Positions 49,911 through 62,430 of a stretch of 64,000 bases of DNA are shown piece after piece. The stretch's first letter is position 1. Each line of letters begins with the position of its first letter. The notes beneath the pieces are model-generated. The model was not told the origin of the DNA, did no database searches, and was given only the letters and a program-made list of their open reading frames with translations. The position numbers were made by a program, and so were the translations under genes. The stretch comes from Mobula hypostoma (Eukaryota), in contig NC_086108.1 of NCBI RefSeq assembly GCF_963921235.1, positions 77,502,001-77,566,000 on the forward strand, read 5' to 3'.

Positions 49911-52900
49911 TCAGAACCCCGCCCCAGCCTTCCCTCCATACCCCCTGACCCCTGTAGCCACAAGGGCCATATCTAACTCCCTCTTAAATATAGCCAATGA
50001 ACTGGCCTCAACAGTTTCCTGTGGTAGAGAATTCCACAGATTCACCACTCTCTGTGTGAAGAAGTTTTTCCTAATCTCGGTCCTAAATGGCTTCCCCTCT
50101 ATCCTCAAACTGTGACCCCTCGTTCTGGACTTCCCCAACATCGGGAACAATCTTCCTGCATCTAGCCTGTCCAATCCCTTCAGGATCTTATACTTTTCAA
50201 TCAGATCCCCCCTCAATCTTCTAAATTCCAACGAGTACAAGCCCAGTTCATCCAGTCTTTCTTCATATGAAAGTCCTGCCATCCCAGGAATCAATCTGGT
50301 GAACCTTCTTTGTACTCCCTCTATGGCAAAGATGTCTTTCCTCAGATTAGGGGACCAAAACTGCACACAATACTCCAGGTGTGGTCTCACCAAGGCCTTG
50401 TACAACTGCAGTAGTACCTCCCTGCTCCTGTACTCGAATCCTCTCGCTATAAATGCCAGCATACCATTCGCCTTTTTCACTGCCTGCTGTACCTGCATGC
50501 CCACTTTCAATGACTGGTGTATAATGACACCCAGGTCTCGTTGCACCTCCCCTTTTCCTAATCGGCCACCATTCAGATAATAATCTGTTTTCCTATTTTT
50601 GCCACCAAAGTGGATAACTTCACATTTATCCACATTAAATTGCATCTGCCATGAGTTTTCCCACTCACCCAACCTATCCAAGTCACTCTGCATCCTCTTA
50701 GCATCCTCCTCACTGCTAACACTGCCACCCAGCTTCGTGTCATCCGCAAACTTGGAGATGCCGCATTTAATTCCCTCATCCAAGTCATTAATATATATTG
50801 TAAACAACTGGGGTCCCAGCACTGAGCCTTGCGGTACCCCACTAGTCACCGCCTGCCATTCTGAAAAGATCCCGTTTATTCCCACTCTTTGCTTCCTGTC
50901 TGCTAACCAAATCTCCACCCACACCAATACCTTACCCCCAATACCGTGTGCTTTAAGTTTGCACACTAATCTCCTGTGTGGGACCTTGCCAAAAGCCTTT
51001 TGAAAATCCAAATATACCACATCCACTGGTTCTCCCCTATCCACTCTACTAGTTACATCCTCAAAAAATTCTATGAGATTCGTCAGACATGATTTTCCTT
51101 TCACAAATCCATGCTGACTTTGTCCGATCATTTCACCGCTTTCCAAATGTGCTGTTATCACATCCTTGATAACTGACTCCAGCAGTTTCCCCACCACCGA
51201 CGTTAGGCTAACCGGTCTATAATTCCCCGATTTCTCTCTCCCTCCTTTTTTAAAAAGTGGGGTTACATTAGCCACCCTCCAATCCTCAGGAACTAGTCCA
51301 GAATCTAATGAGTTTTGAAAAATTATCACTAATGCATCCACTATTTCTTGGGCTACTTCCTTAAGCACTCTAGGATGCAGACCATCTGGCCCTGGGGATT
51401 TATCTGCCTTTAATCCCTTCAATTTACCTAACACCACTTCCCTACTAACATGTATTTCACTCAGTTCCTCCATCTCACTGGACCCTCTGTCCCTTACTAT
51501 TTCTGGAAGATTATTTATGTCCTCCTTAGTGAAGACAGAACCAAAGTAATTATTCAATTTGTCTGCCATGTCCTTGGTCCCCATAATCAATTCACCTGTT
51601 TCTGTCTGCAGGGGATCTACATTTGTCTTTACCAGTCTTTTCGTTTTTACATATCTATAAAAGCTTTTACAGTCCGTTTTTGTGTTCCCCGCCAATTTTC
51701 TCTCATAATCTTTTTTCCCCTTCCTAATTAAGCCCTTTGTCCTCCTCTGCTGAACTCTGAATTTCTCCCAGTCCTCAGGTGAGCCACTTTCTCTGGCTAA
51801 TTTGTATGCTTCTTCTTTGGAATTGATACTATCCCTAATTTCTCTTGTCAGCCAAGGGTGCACTACCTTCCTTGATTTATTCTTTTGCCAAACTGGGATG
51901 AACAATTGTTGTAGTTCATCCATGCAACCTTTAAATGCTTGCCATTGCATATCCACCGTCAATCCTTTAAGTGTCATTTGCCAGTCTATCTTAGCTAATT
52001 CACGTCTCATACCTTCAAAGTTACCCCTCTTTAAGTTCAGAACCTTTGTTTCTGAATTAACTATGTCACTCTCCATCTTAATGAAGAATTCCACCATATT
52101 ATGGTCACTCTTACCCAAGGAGCCACTCACGACAAGATCGCTAATTAACCCTTCCTCATTGCTCAAAACCCAGTCCAGAATAGCCTGCTTTCTAGTCGGT
52201 TCCTCGACATGTTGGTTCAAAAAACCATCCCGCATACATTCCAAGAAATCCTCTTCCTCAGCACCTTTACCAATTTGGTTCACCCAGTCTACATGTAGAT
52301 TGAAGTCACCCATTATAACTGCTGTTCCTTTATTGCACACATTTCTAATTTCCTGTTTAATACCATCTCCGACCTCACTACTACTGTTAGGTGGCCTGTA
52401 CACAACTCCCACCAGCGTCTTCTGCCCCTTGGTGTTACGCAGCTCTACCCATATCGATTCCACATCTTCCCGGCTTATGTCCTTCCTTTCTATTGCGTTA
52501 ATCTCTTCTTTAACCAGCAACACCACCCCACCTCCCCTTCCTTCATGTCTATCCCTCCTGAATATTGAATATCCCTGAACGTTGAGCTCCCATCCCTGGT
52601 CACCCTGGAGCCATGTCTCTGTGATCCCAACTATATCATAATCATTAATAACAATCTGCACTTTCCATTCATCCACCTTATTACGAATGCTCCTTGCATT
52701 GACACATAAAGCCTTCAGGCGCTCTTTTACAACTCTCTTAGCCCTTATACAATTATGTTGAAAAGTGGCCCTTTTTAATGCTTGCCCTGGATTTGTCAGC
52801 CTGCCACTTTTACTTTTCTCCTTTGTACTTTTTGCTTCTACCCTCACTTTACACCCCTCTGTCTCTCTGCACTGGTTCCCATCCCCCTGTTGTGAACTAA

Positions 52901-52943
52901 CCTCCTCACGCCTAGCCTCTTTAATTTGATTCCCACCCCCCAA
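49911..52943 (-). CDS. CR1 ORF2: APE endonuclease plus reverse transcriptase, 1010 aa
   Basis: NARS, ITETWL, GDFN and SDHN (endonuclease); YLDFQKAF, GVPQGSVLGP and KFADD (RT). Uninterrupted. Confidence 0.95.
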   Translation of the reverse strand: MGGGNQIKEARREEVSSQQGDGNQCRETEGCKVRVEAKSTKEKSKSGRLTNPGQALKRATFQHNCIRAKRVVKERLKALCVNARSIRNKVDEWKVQIVINDYDIVGITETWLQGDQGWELNVQGYSIFRRDRHEGRGGGVVLLVKEEINAIERKDISREDVESIWVELRNTKGQKTLVGVVYRPPNSSSEVGDGIKQEIRNVCNKGTAVIMGDFNLHVDWVNQIGKGAEEEDFLECMRDGFLNQHVEEPTRKQAILDWVLSNEEGLISDLVVSGSLGKSDHNMVEFFIKMESDIVNSETKVLNLKRGNFEGMRRELAKIDWQMTLKGLTVDMQWQAFKGCMDELQQLFIPVWQKNKSRKVVHPWLTREIRDSINSKEEAYKLARESGSPEDWEKFRVQQRRTKGLIRKGKKDYERKLAGNTKTDCKSFYRYVKTKRLVKTNVDPLQTETGELIMGTKDMADKLNNYFGSVFTKEDINNLPEIVRDRGSSEMEELSEIHVSREVVLGKLKGLKADKSPGPDGLHPRVLKEVAQEIVDALVIIFQNSLDSGLVPEDWRVANVTPLFKKGGREKSGNYRPVSLTSVVGKLLESVIKDVITAHLESGEMIGQSQHGFVKGKSCLTNLIEFFEDVTSRVDRGEPVDVVYLDFQKAFGKVPHRRLVCKLKAHGIGGKVLVWVEIWLADRKQRVGINGIFSEWQAVTSGVPQGSVLGPQLFTIYINDLDEGIKCGISKFADDTKLGGSVSSEEDAKRMQSDLDRLGEWENSWQMQFNVDKCEVIHFGGKNRKTDYYLNGGRLGKGEVQRDLGVIIHQSLKVGMQVQQAVKKANGMLAFIARGFEYRSREVLLQLYKALVRPHLEYCVQFWSPNLRKDIFAIEGVQRRFTRLIPGMAGLSYEERLDELGLYSLEFRRLRGDLIEKYKILKGLDRLDAGRLFPMLGKSRTRGHSLRIEGKPFRTEIRKNFFTQRVVNLWNSLPQETVEASSLAIFKRELDMALVATGVRGYGGKAGAGF

Positions 52944-52948
52944 CCATT

Positions 52949-53881
52949 CTAGTTTAAAGTCACCTCAGTAGCCCCCGCTAATCTCCCTGTCAGGATATTG
53001 GTCCCCCTAGGATTCAAGTGTAACCCGTCCTTTTTGTACAGGTCACGCCTGCACCAAAAGAGGTCCCAATGATCCAAAAACTTGAATCCCTGCCCCCTGC
53101 TCCAATCCCTTAGCCACGCATTTATCCTCCACCTCATCGCATTCCTACTCTCACTGTCGCGTGGCACAGGCAGTAATCCCGAGATTACTACCTTTGCGGT
53201 CCTTTTTCTCAACTCCTTTCCTAGCTCCCTATATTCTCCTTTCAGGACCTCATCCCTTTTCCTACCTATGTCATTGGTACCTATATGTACCACGAGCTCT
53301 GGCTCCTCACCCTCCCACTTCAGGATATCTTGGACACGATCAGAAATATCCCGGACCCTGGCACCGGGGAGGCAAACTACCATCCGGGTCTCTGGACTGC
53401 GTCCACAGAATCGCCTATCTGACCCCCTTACTATCGAGTCCCCTATCACAACTGCCCTCCTCTTCCTTGCCCTACCCTTCTGAGCTACAGGGCCAGACTC
53501 TGTGCCGGAGGCACAGCCACTGTCGCTTCCCCCGGGTAAGCTGTCCCCTCCAACAGTACTCAAACAGGAGTACCTGTTGTTAAGGGGCACAGCCACCGGG
53601 GTACTCCCCATCACCTGACTTTTCCCCTTCCCCCTCCTAACCGTGACCCACTTGTCTGCCTCCCGTGGCCCCGGCGTGACCACCTGCCTTCCACTCCTCT
53701 CTATCACCTCCTCACTCTCCCTGACCAGACGAAGGTCATCGAGCTGCAGCTCCAGTTCCGTAACGCGGTCCCTTAGGAGCTGCATCTCGATGCACTTGGC
53801 GCAGATGTAGACGTCCGGGAGGCTTGGAGACTCCAGGGCCTCCCACATCCGGCACCGAGAACAGCAAACTGCCCTCTCACT
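52949..53881 (-). CDS. CR1 ORF1: zinc finger, coiled coil, SGNH esterase (native ATG apparently lost)
   Basis: CSRC...CAKC, a leucine heptad, and the SGNH blocks GDSIVRG, HIGTND and DGLHLN. Confidence 0.88.
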   Translation of the reverse strand, partial: SERAVCCSRCRMWEALESPSLPDVYICAKCIEMQLLRDRVTELELQLDDLRLVRESEEVIERSGRQVVTPGPREADKWVTVRRGKGKSQVMGSTPVAVPLNNRYSCLSTVGGDSLPGGSDSGCASGTESGPVAQKGRARKRRAVVIGDSIVRGSDRRFCGRSPETRMVVCLPGARVRDISDRVQDILKWEGEEPELVVHIGTNDIGRKRDEVLKGEYRELGKELRKRTAKVVISGLLPVPRDSESRNAMRWRINAWLRDWSRGQGFKFLDHWDLFWCRRDLYKKDGLHLNPRGTNILTGRLAGATEVTLN

Positions 53882-56800
53882 ATATAGGACATATAGAGAG
53901 GTAGTTACAACCAAGGTGCAGGGTACAGAAAACTGGATGAAGTCAGGAAGGGGAAAGGGGTTATACAGCCAGAGCAGAGTACCCCTGGGGCTACCCCTCT
54001 CAACAACAGGTATATCACTTTGCATATTGTTGCAGGGGTGGGGGTTGGGGTGACCTAGCAGAGGAAAGTCATTTGGATCATTGGGCTCTCTGCCAGGGAT
54101 TGTACAAAAGGGATGGTTTGCACCTGAACTGGAAGCTGACTAATATACTAGCAGGAAGGTTTATGAGTGCCTCATGGTAGGGTTTAGACCAGAGTTGCAG
54201 GGGGATGGGAACCAGAGTGCCAGAGCAGTTAGTGGAGAGTTGTAGAGGTGCATATTTTTTAAGACAAAGTCAGGAACCAAAATGTTGAACATGGTGTGAC
54301 TAATGTCCTGAACTGCATGTATTTTAATGCAAGATGTATCATAGGAAAGGTAGATGAGCTCAGGGCATGGACAACACCTGGAATTATGATATTATAGCTA
54401 TTACTAGTCAGGGAAAATGTCACAGCAGTAGTCAGTCAGGACAGGCTGGTGAGGCATTACAGGTGGAACTGAGAAATAAGAAAAGTACATCCATGTTAAT
54501 GGGGCTACATTGCAGACCAACTAACAGTCCGTGGAGTTTAGAGGAATAAATTTGCAGAGAGATCACAGACTGTTGCAAGAAACAGGAAGTTGTTACAGTA
54601 GGTGATTTCAACTTTTCTCATATTGACTAGGACTCACATACTGTAAAAAGGACTAGATTTGATAGAGTTTGTCAAATGTGTTCAAGAAAGTTTCCTTAAT
54701 AAATATGTAGAAGTCCCAATGAGAGACTGTGTGATACTTGATCTGCTATAGGGGAACGAGACAGGGCAGGTGATAAAAATTTGTGTAGGGGAACACTTTG
54801 CACTGAGCAATCACAATGCCATTAGTTTCCAAGTAGATATGCAAAAAGATAGGTACAGTCCACAGGTTGAGATTCTAAACTGGAGAAAGGCCAATTTTGA
54901 TGGTATCAGGAGAGATTTGGCAAGTGTGGATTGGGATAGGCTGGTTTCTGGCAAAGGTGCACTTGGTAAGCGAGAGGCCATCAAAAGTGAAATTTTGAGA
55001 GAACAATGCTTATATGTGTCTGTCAGAATAAAAGGTAAAGATAACAAGTTCAGGGAACCTTGGTTTTCAAGAGATATTGAGGCTCTGGTTAACAAAAAAA
55101 AAGGAGATGCATAGCAAATATAGGAAGGCTGGAACAAATAAGGTACCTATGGAGTGTAAGAAATGCAAGAAAACACTTAAGAATGAAATCAGGAGGAATT
55201 AAAGAAGGCAAGGGTTTTACCTGGCAGGCAAGGTGAAGGGGAATCCTAAGGGATTCTACAGATATGTTAATAGAGAAAGGATTGCAAGGGGCAAAACTGG
55301 TTGTCTGGAAGATCAGAATGCTAATCTATGCGTGGAGCCAAAAGAGATGGGGAAGATCTTAAATGAACTTTTTGCATCTGTATTTTCTCAGGAGATGTCA
55401 CAGAGTCTATAGACGTGAGGCAAAGCGGAATCAACTTCATGGACCCTGTACTGATTACAGTTTGCTGTCCTAAGGCAAGTTAGGGGGGCTAACCCCCCAG
55501 GGCCTGGCAAGGTGTTCCCATGCCTGTAGAAGGCAAGTGCAGAAATTGCTGGAGCCCTAGCAGAGATATTTAAATCATCCTTAGCGGTAAGTGAAGTACC
55601 AGATAACCGGAGGACAGCCAAAGTTGTTCCACTGTTCAAGAAAGGCTCTAAAAATAAACCAGAAAATTATAGGCCAGTGAGCCTGAAGCAGTAGTGGGAA
55701 CGTTATTAGCAGGTATTCTAAGGGACCAGATATATAAACATTTAAATAGCCATGGACTGTTAAGGATAGTCCATATAGCTTCATGCCTGGTAGGTCACAT
55801 CTTACCAATCTTATAGAGTTTTTCAAGGAAGTTACCAGGAAACTTGATGAAGGCAAGACAATGGATGGTCTCTACGTGGACTATGCTAAGGCTTTTTGAC
55901 AAAGTCCTGTTTGGGAGGTTGGTTAGGAAGATCCATTCGCTTGGCAATCAAGTTGAGGTAGTAAATTAGATTAGACATTAGCCTTGTGGGAGAAGCCACA
56001 GAGTGGTAATAGATGGTTGCCTCTTTGACTGGAGGCCTGTGACTAGTGGAGTCCTGCAGGTATCAGTGCTGGGTCCATTGTTGTTTGTCATCCATATCAA
56101 TGATCTGGACGACAATGTGGTTAACTTGATCAGCAAATTTTCAGATGACACCAGGACTGGGGGTACAGTGGACAATCAGGAAGACTATCATGGATTGCAG
56201 TGGGATCTAGACCAGATGGAAAAATAGGCTGAATGGCCAATGGAATTTAACACAGACTAGTGTGATGAGTTGCACTTTGGTAGGACTATGCTTAGGAGTT
56301 TTTACACAGTGAATGGTAGGGCACTGAGGAGTGTAATAGAACAAAGGGATCTGGGATTAGAGGTCCATGATTCATTGAAAGTGGCATCACAGGTAGATGG
56401 GGTCTTAAAGAAAGCTTTCAGTACATTGGCCTTCATAAATCAAAGTTTTGAGTACCAGAGATGAGATGTTATGTTGAAGTTGTATAAGGCATTGGTGAGG
56501 CCTAATTTGGAGTATTGTGTCCAGTTTTGGTCGCCTACCTACAGAAAGATGTAAATAAGTTTGAAAGAGTACGGTGAAAATTTACGAGGCTGTTGTTGGG
56601 TCTGGAAGACGTGAGTTATAAAGAAAGATTAAATCGGTTAGGACTTTATTCCTTGGAATGTAGAAATATGAGAGATTTGATAAATGTATACAAAATTATG
56701 AGAGTAAAATTATCATGTTTAAGGAGAACATGAGGGGAAACTTTTTCACTCAGAGTGTCGTAAGAGTGTGGAATGAGTTTCCAGCACAAGTATTGTATGC

Positions 56801-57529
56801 ATGCTCGCTTTCAATGTTTAAAAAAAGTTTGGATAGGTACATGGCTGGTAGAGGTATGAGGGGCTGTGGTCCCAGTACAGATTGATGGGAGTAGGCAGTT
56901 TAAACGGTTCGGTATGGACTGTGTCTGTGCTGTACTTTTCTATGACTCTATGACTCCAAATCTTGGCGAAGAAGGAGATTCAGTTCTATCACTGTTCTTG
57001 GATGAAAAGTTCAGTTCAATACCATTTAAAACATCATCATGTGGAAGAGAAATTTAGAAATATCGAGGATAGGAAAAGAGCCTGGAACATAATAAGTCAT
57101 TATGTTTTGGTTGTAGGCCGAACCCAGCAAAGTTCAGCATGCAATTGTGTCCTACTGAATGACCCTACACACTTCCACTTGGATGTGGCACCATTGTAGA
57201 ATGTGCATCTTCGTCATATAAGTTTATTCCATGACCGATACTACCTAAGTCACAGGGAGAAACAGCTGGCATCAGAGCCTTGGTTGTATGTGAATCAAAG
57301 GTGTGATTGGTCAATTGGTCAAGTAATTAGTTAAGGAATACAGAGCTAGAAATGGTTTTGGTGGTTGGGGTTCTGGGTATCAGTACCGTGGTGCTGATGG
57401 GTTTGAAGAGGAAGAGGAAATACATGAAGACATCACTTGAGTAAGGGTATTATATTTGTTTGGGCCCTGTTTCAGAACTGGCAGTATTAGAATGTGACTG
57501 TCCTCTCTGTAAGTAGATCTTTGACCTCT

Positions 57530-59915
57530 TGATGGAAAGACCTCAGTCAGTCCTAGATGGCAGCAGCATCTCAAGCTTCATCGCACTGAGCACTGGTGCC
57601 CTGAAAGGTTGTGTGCTCAGCCTGCTGGTGTTCACACTGCTGGCTCACAAATGCACTGCCAGATTACGCTCAAACTGTATCATTAAGTTCACTGATGATA
57701 CGACAGTGGTTGGCCTCATCAACAACAATGATGTATCGGCATACAGACAGGAGGTAGAGAGGCTTGTCAAATAGTATGAGAACGACGAAGGTTCATTTTA
57801 TTATCAAAGTATATATGCTGAGTACATTTCTGAGATTTGACTTCTCCGGATTGCCATAGAAAAATAAAACCATATAAGACGACATTAGTCTCAGTGTGGA
57901 CAAGACAAAAGAGGTTATTGTAGACTTCAGGAAGACACATGTCCACCACTTTCCATTGCACATCAATGGCTTTGCCATGGAGAGAGGGAAGAGCATGAAG
58001 TTCCTTGATGTGCACATCACAGATGAACTAACTTGGACTCACAACATCTGCTCACTAGTCAAAAAGGCACAGCTGCGTCCATACTTTCTGAGGAGAATGA
58101 GGCATGCAAGGCTCCCCGCCCCCAGTCTGACAGCTTTCTACAGGAACACCACCGGAAGTGTCCGGTCTGGCTGCATCATTGTGTGGTCCCGACGGCGCAA
58201 GGCATCAGACCACAATATTCTACAGAGGTCCGTAAAAACTGTCGAGAGGAACATCAGGGTCTCCCTCTCCCCTATTTGTGACCTTTACTGGGAGCATTGC
58301 AGATGAAGGGCCCAAAGCTTTGCTGAGGATCCCTACCACCCATTCAATAATTTTGAACCACTACCACCAGGAAAGAGGTACAGTAGCATCCTTCATCAGG
58401 GACCTTCACCACCCAGATCATGCTCTCTTCTCACTGCTGCCATCAAGAAGAACGTAGAAGAGCCTCAGGACTCACACCACTAAGTTCAGGAACAGTTATT
58501 ACTCCTCAGCCATCAGGCTTTTGAACCAAAGGAAATAACTTCACTTTTCCTGTTACTGAAATGCTCCAACAACCTATGGACTCACTTTCAAGGACTCTTC
58601 TTCTCATGTTCTTAATACTTATTGTTTATTATTATTATTACTATTATTATTATTGGCTCAATGGAAGAAGGCAAAGAATGATAGTGGAGGATTGTTTCTC
58701 TGAGTGGAGGCCTGTGACTAGTGGTGTGCCACAGGGATCAGTGCTGAGTCCATTGTTATTTGTCATCTATATCAATGATCTGGATGATAATGTGGTAAAT
58801 TGGATCAGCAAATTTGCTGATGATACAAAGATTGGAGGCGTAGTGGACAGTGAGGAAGGTTTTCAAAGTTTGCAGAGGGATTTGGACCAGCTAGAAAAAT
58901 GGGCTGAAAATGGCAGATGGAGTTTAATACAGACAAGTGTGAGGTATTGCACTTTGGAAGGACAAACCAAGGTAGAACATACAGGGTAAATGGTAAGACA
59001 CTGAGGAGTGCAGTAAAACAGAGGGATCTGGGAATACAGATACAAAATTCCCTAAAAGTGGCGTCACAGGTAGATAGGGTCATAAAGAGAGCTTTTGATA
59101 CATTGGCCTTTATTAATCAAAGTATTGAGTATAAGAGCTGGAATGTTATGATGAGGTTGTATAAGGCATTGGTGAGGCCGAATCTGGAGTATTGTGTTCA
59201 GTTTTGGTCACCAAATTACAGGAAGGATATTAATAAGATTGAAAGAGTGCAGAGAAAGTTTACAAGGATGTTGCCGGGACTTGAGAAACTCAGTTACAGA
59301 GAAAGGTTGAATAGGTTAGGACTTTATTCCCTGGAGCGTAGAAGAATGAGGGGAGATTTGATAGAGGTATATAAAATTATGATGGATATAGATAGAGTGA
59401 ATGCAAGCAGGCTTTTTCCACTGAGGCAAGGGGAGAAAAAAACCAGAGGACATGGGTTAAGGGTGAAGGGGGAAAAGTTTAAAGGGAACACTAGTGGGGG
59501 CTTCTTCACACAGAGAGTGGTGGGAGTGTGGAATGAGCTGCCAGACGAGGTTGTAATTGTGGGTTCTTTTTTAACATTTAAGAATAAGTTGGACAGATAC
59601 ATGGATGGGAAGCGTATGGAGAGATATGGTCCATGTGCAGGTCAGTGGGACTAGGCAGAAACTGGTTCCGCACAGCCAAGAAGGGCCAAAAGGCCGTTTC
59701 TGTGCTGTAGTTTTTCTATGGTTTCTATTATTATTATTAATTTATTTCTGTACTTGCACAATTTGTTGCTTTTTGCATATTGGTTGTATTCCCATTTTCA
59801 TTGATTCTATTACGATTATTGGATTTATTGAGTATGCCCACAGGAAAATGAATTTCAGGGTTGAATATGGTGACATGGATATACCTTGAGAGTAAATTTT
59901 CTTTGAACTTTGAAC
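57530..59915 (+). mobile_element. Degraded Rex1-like LINE fragments, 3' UTR split by CR1
   Basis: KFTDDTTVVGLI, DKTKEVIVDFRK and a TTTGAACTTTGAAC tail. Confidence 0.75.
58655..59727 (+). mobile_element. 5'-truncated CR1 (RT C-terminal half, one frameshift) inserted in a (TAT)n tract
   Basis: GVPQGSVLSP and KFADD, plus a 245-aa ORF at 58917-59654. CTATTATTATTATT occurs at 58641-58654 and 59725-59738. Confidence 0.9.
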
Positions 59916-60924
59916 AGAGGCATAAGGTCCAGGACTGCCAGACTCTATAACATCTTCTTCCCTCAGACTGTGAGACTAATGAATATCTTGCCACCACTGA
60001 GGTCTCAGCATCAGGTCATTGAGCTGTTTACTGTTTACCTGTGGTGTTTACATGCATTTTGAATTATATTTTATTAATTTCTTTATGGTATAATATTTTG
60101 GTTTATGTGCTGTGCATGATGTATGTTGTGTGGGTGCACTGTGGTCCAGAGAAACATTGTTTCATTTGGTTGTACCTCTGCATAGTCAGATGACAATAAA
60201 CTTGAACTTGAATGCTAGTGATGAAACTTTGGAGCAATATGACATAATTCCGCAGTCTAAAGGAGCATTGCCAAGGGAAATAAATGCCATTCCATGTAGG
60301 AGGAAAGCACAGCACAATTTGTGAAAAGAAATGCCCTATTAAATTTGCTTCGTGCCCAATTTGACTTGTAATTATTGCAACATTTCTTGTTCAGGCATCT
60401 TGGAAAAAACAGAGCATTGCATATGAATTACTGGGCCCAGATCAGCAGTGCAATGAAGGATTCATGTTTTTACACAGAAGCTCCTCAACATCCAACAATA
60501 GCGCAAACAGTTATCGGCCTTATATGTGGCATTTTTATTTTATGTTGCAGTTACTACTCACTAATCGAGAAGATCATATTCTTTCATCCCAGAGCAACAC
60601 ACACAACTTTGGACATCTATGGAAAGGAATAAGCACTTGACGTTTTGGGCCGAGGTCTGGAAAGCAAGGGGGGAGATACCAGAATAGAAAAGTGGGTGGA
60701 TGGGAACGAGGACAAGCTATAGGATGATAGGTAAAGCCTCTGCAGAATCTCTTGTGTTCTTTCATCCTACTTGTTTTCATCAGGATCACTTTAACAATAC
60801 TATTTAATACTTTATATTCCAAAGGGCTCAGAGGGTAAGAACTTGCATCCTATCTTCGCCAAACCGCCAATGTAGACAAAGTGACTCAACATCCTTACAG
60901 CCCATCGTGCTTTGTTACAAATAC

Positions 60925-61440
60925 CCACTGAGTGTATGTTTGTGATCTTCTTCAGCCCATGCCTATCTACCTTAATTTTTGTGGCGTGTGTTCAGAGATG
61001 CTCTTCTGCACACCGCTGTTGTAATGAGAGGTTATTTCAGTTACTGTCACCTTCCTGTCAGCATGAACCAGTCTGGCTATTTTCCTCTGACCTCTAATTA
61101 GCAAGGCATTTTCACCCACAGAACTGCTGCTTACTGGATTTTTTTTGTGTTTTACACCATTCTTTGTAAACTCTAGAGACTGTTGTACTTCAAAATCCCT
61201 AGATATCGGCAGTTTCTGAGATACTCAAACCACCTTGCCTGGCACCAACAATCATTTCACGATCAAAGTCACTTAGATCACACTTCTCCCCAATTCTGAT
61301 ATTTGTTCTGAACAACAAATAAACCTCTTGACCGTGTCCATATGTTTTTATGCATTAAATTGCTGCCACGTGCATGGCAGAATAAATACTTGCATTAATG
61401 AGGAAATTTACAGTTGTACCTAATAAAGTCGCCACTGAGC
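60925..61440. mobile_element. Tc1/mariner-derived non-autonomous fragment
   Basis: Ends GTACCTAATAAAGTCGCCACTGAG, resembling a fish-type Tc1 terminus. CCACTGAG also occurs at 60926. Confidence 0.6.
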
Positions 61441-61494
61441 AGAGATGCAAATTTCTGTGGATGACTTGAAGAACCAGGAGTTGAAGGAGATGTA

Positions 61495-62430
61495 GGGGAT
61501 TCTGCAGATGCTGGAAATTGTGAACAATGCACACAAAATGCTGGAGGAACTCAGCAGGTAAGACAACATGCATTCAGACAATGAACAGTTGACATATCAG
61601 GCCAAGACCCTTCATCAGGACTGGAAAGGAAGAGGTCAGCACCCAGAATGAACAAGGCAGGGCAACAGGGTGGAGAACAAGCCAGCAGCTGGTAGATGAG
61701 TCCAGAAGAAGGGTAAGGCAGGTGAGAGAGGAGATGAAAGGGAATGATATGAGAATCTGGGAGGATGGGATGGGATAAGGGGGCCATAGGAAAGAAGGAA
61801 GACCAAAAGGGTGGGGAAAACAAAGGGGTGTAGTTACCAGATAATAGAGCAATTGCAAAAATAAGTTCATGATCATGTTCTCTAACTTCCGATAACCACT
61901 CTCTTCTGTTTTCCTTCACTCCCTCCCTTTGATTTCATTCATTCCAGTGAGTCCTTACCTCTTCTCTTTTCTTTCCTCACCTCACAACCTGTCCATCATC
62001 TGCTTCCCCAGCTCACACTCCTTCTCTTCATTCCATGATCTACAGTGCTTTCCCATCAGATTCCTTCTTTTCTCAGCCCTTTGCCTCTTCCACCAATCAC
62101 TCCACCATCTCCCCAACCGGCTTCTCACATCATAAACACAAGAGATTCTGTGGATGCTGGGAATCTTGAGCAACACACACTAAAATGCTGGAGGAAGGCA
62201 GGGAGCATCTTTGTTCCTACTCCCCAACCACCCCCACCACCACCTTCTCCCTCAGCTGGATTCACCTGCTGTCTGCCAGCTTGTGCTTTTCCCCCTTCCG
62301 CTAACTTTTTATTCTGGTTTTTGCCCTCTTTCTTTCCAGTCCGAATGAAAGGTCTCAGCCCAAAAAGTCATCTATCTGTTCACTTCCCTCCATAATATGC
62401 TTACTGACCTGCTGAGTTTCTCCAGGATTT
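61495..62430. repeat. Cluster of old PLE terminal fragments in alternating orientation
   Basis: TTCTGCAGATGCTGG...GACCCTTCATCAGGACT (minus, ~61500-61622), purine/pyrimidine tracts, and a decayed hammerhead at ~62338-62370 (plus). Confidence 0.6.

Larger units (their letters stand above)
49813..53881 (-). mobile_element. Young CR1 LINE lacking its 5' UTR, both ORFs open
   Basis: (TTTCTATG)n tail. ATATAG is duplicated at 49811-49816 and 53882-53887. Confidence 0.95.
49400..56950 (+). mobile_element. Old near-full-length CR1 LINE, split by a young CR1
   Basis: ORF1 remnant ECSSCEM...EAEGVI (49648-49812) resumes as YRTYREVV at 53883. Decayed ORF2 at ~54200-56870 and a (CTATGACT)n tail. Confidence 0.85.

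Noticed and set aside
50299..53583. Long plus-strand ORFs (e.g. 258 aa at 51802-52578); likewise 16194-16967 on minus
   Set aside because: These are antisense shadows of LINE coding frames with no independent motifs.
53882..54025. N-terminal 48 aa of the 358-aa track ORF
   Set aside because: It lies outside the TSD and is antisense read-through of the older CR1, so it is not part of ORF1.
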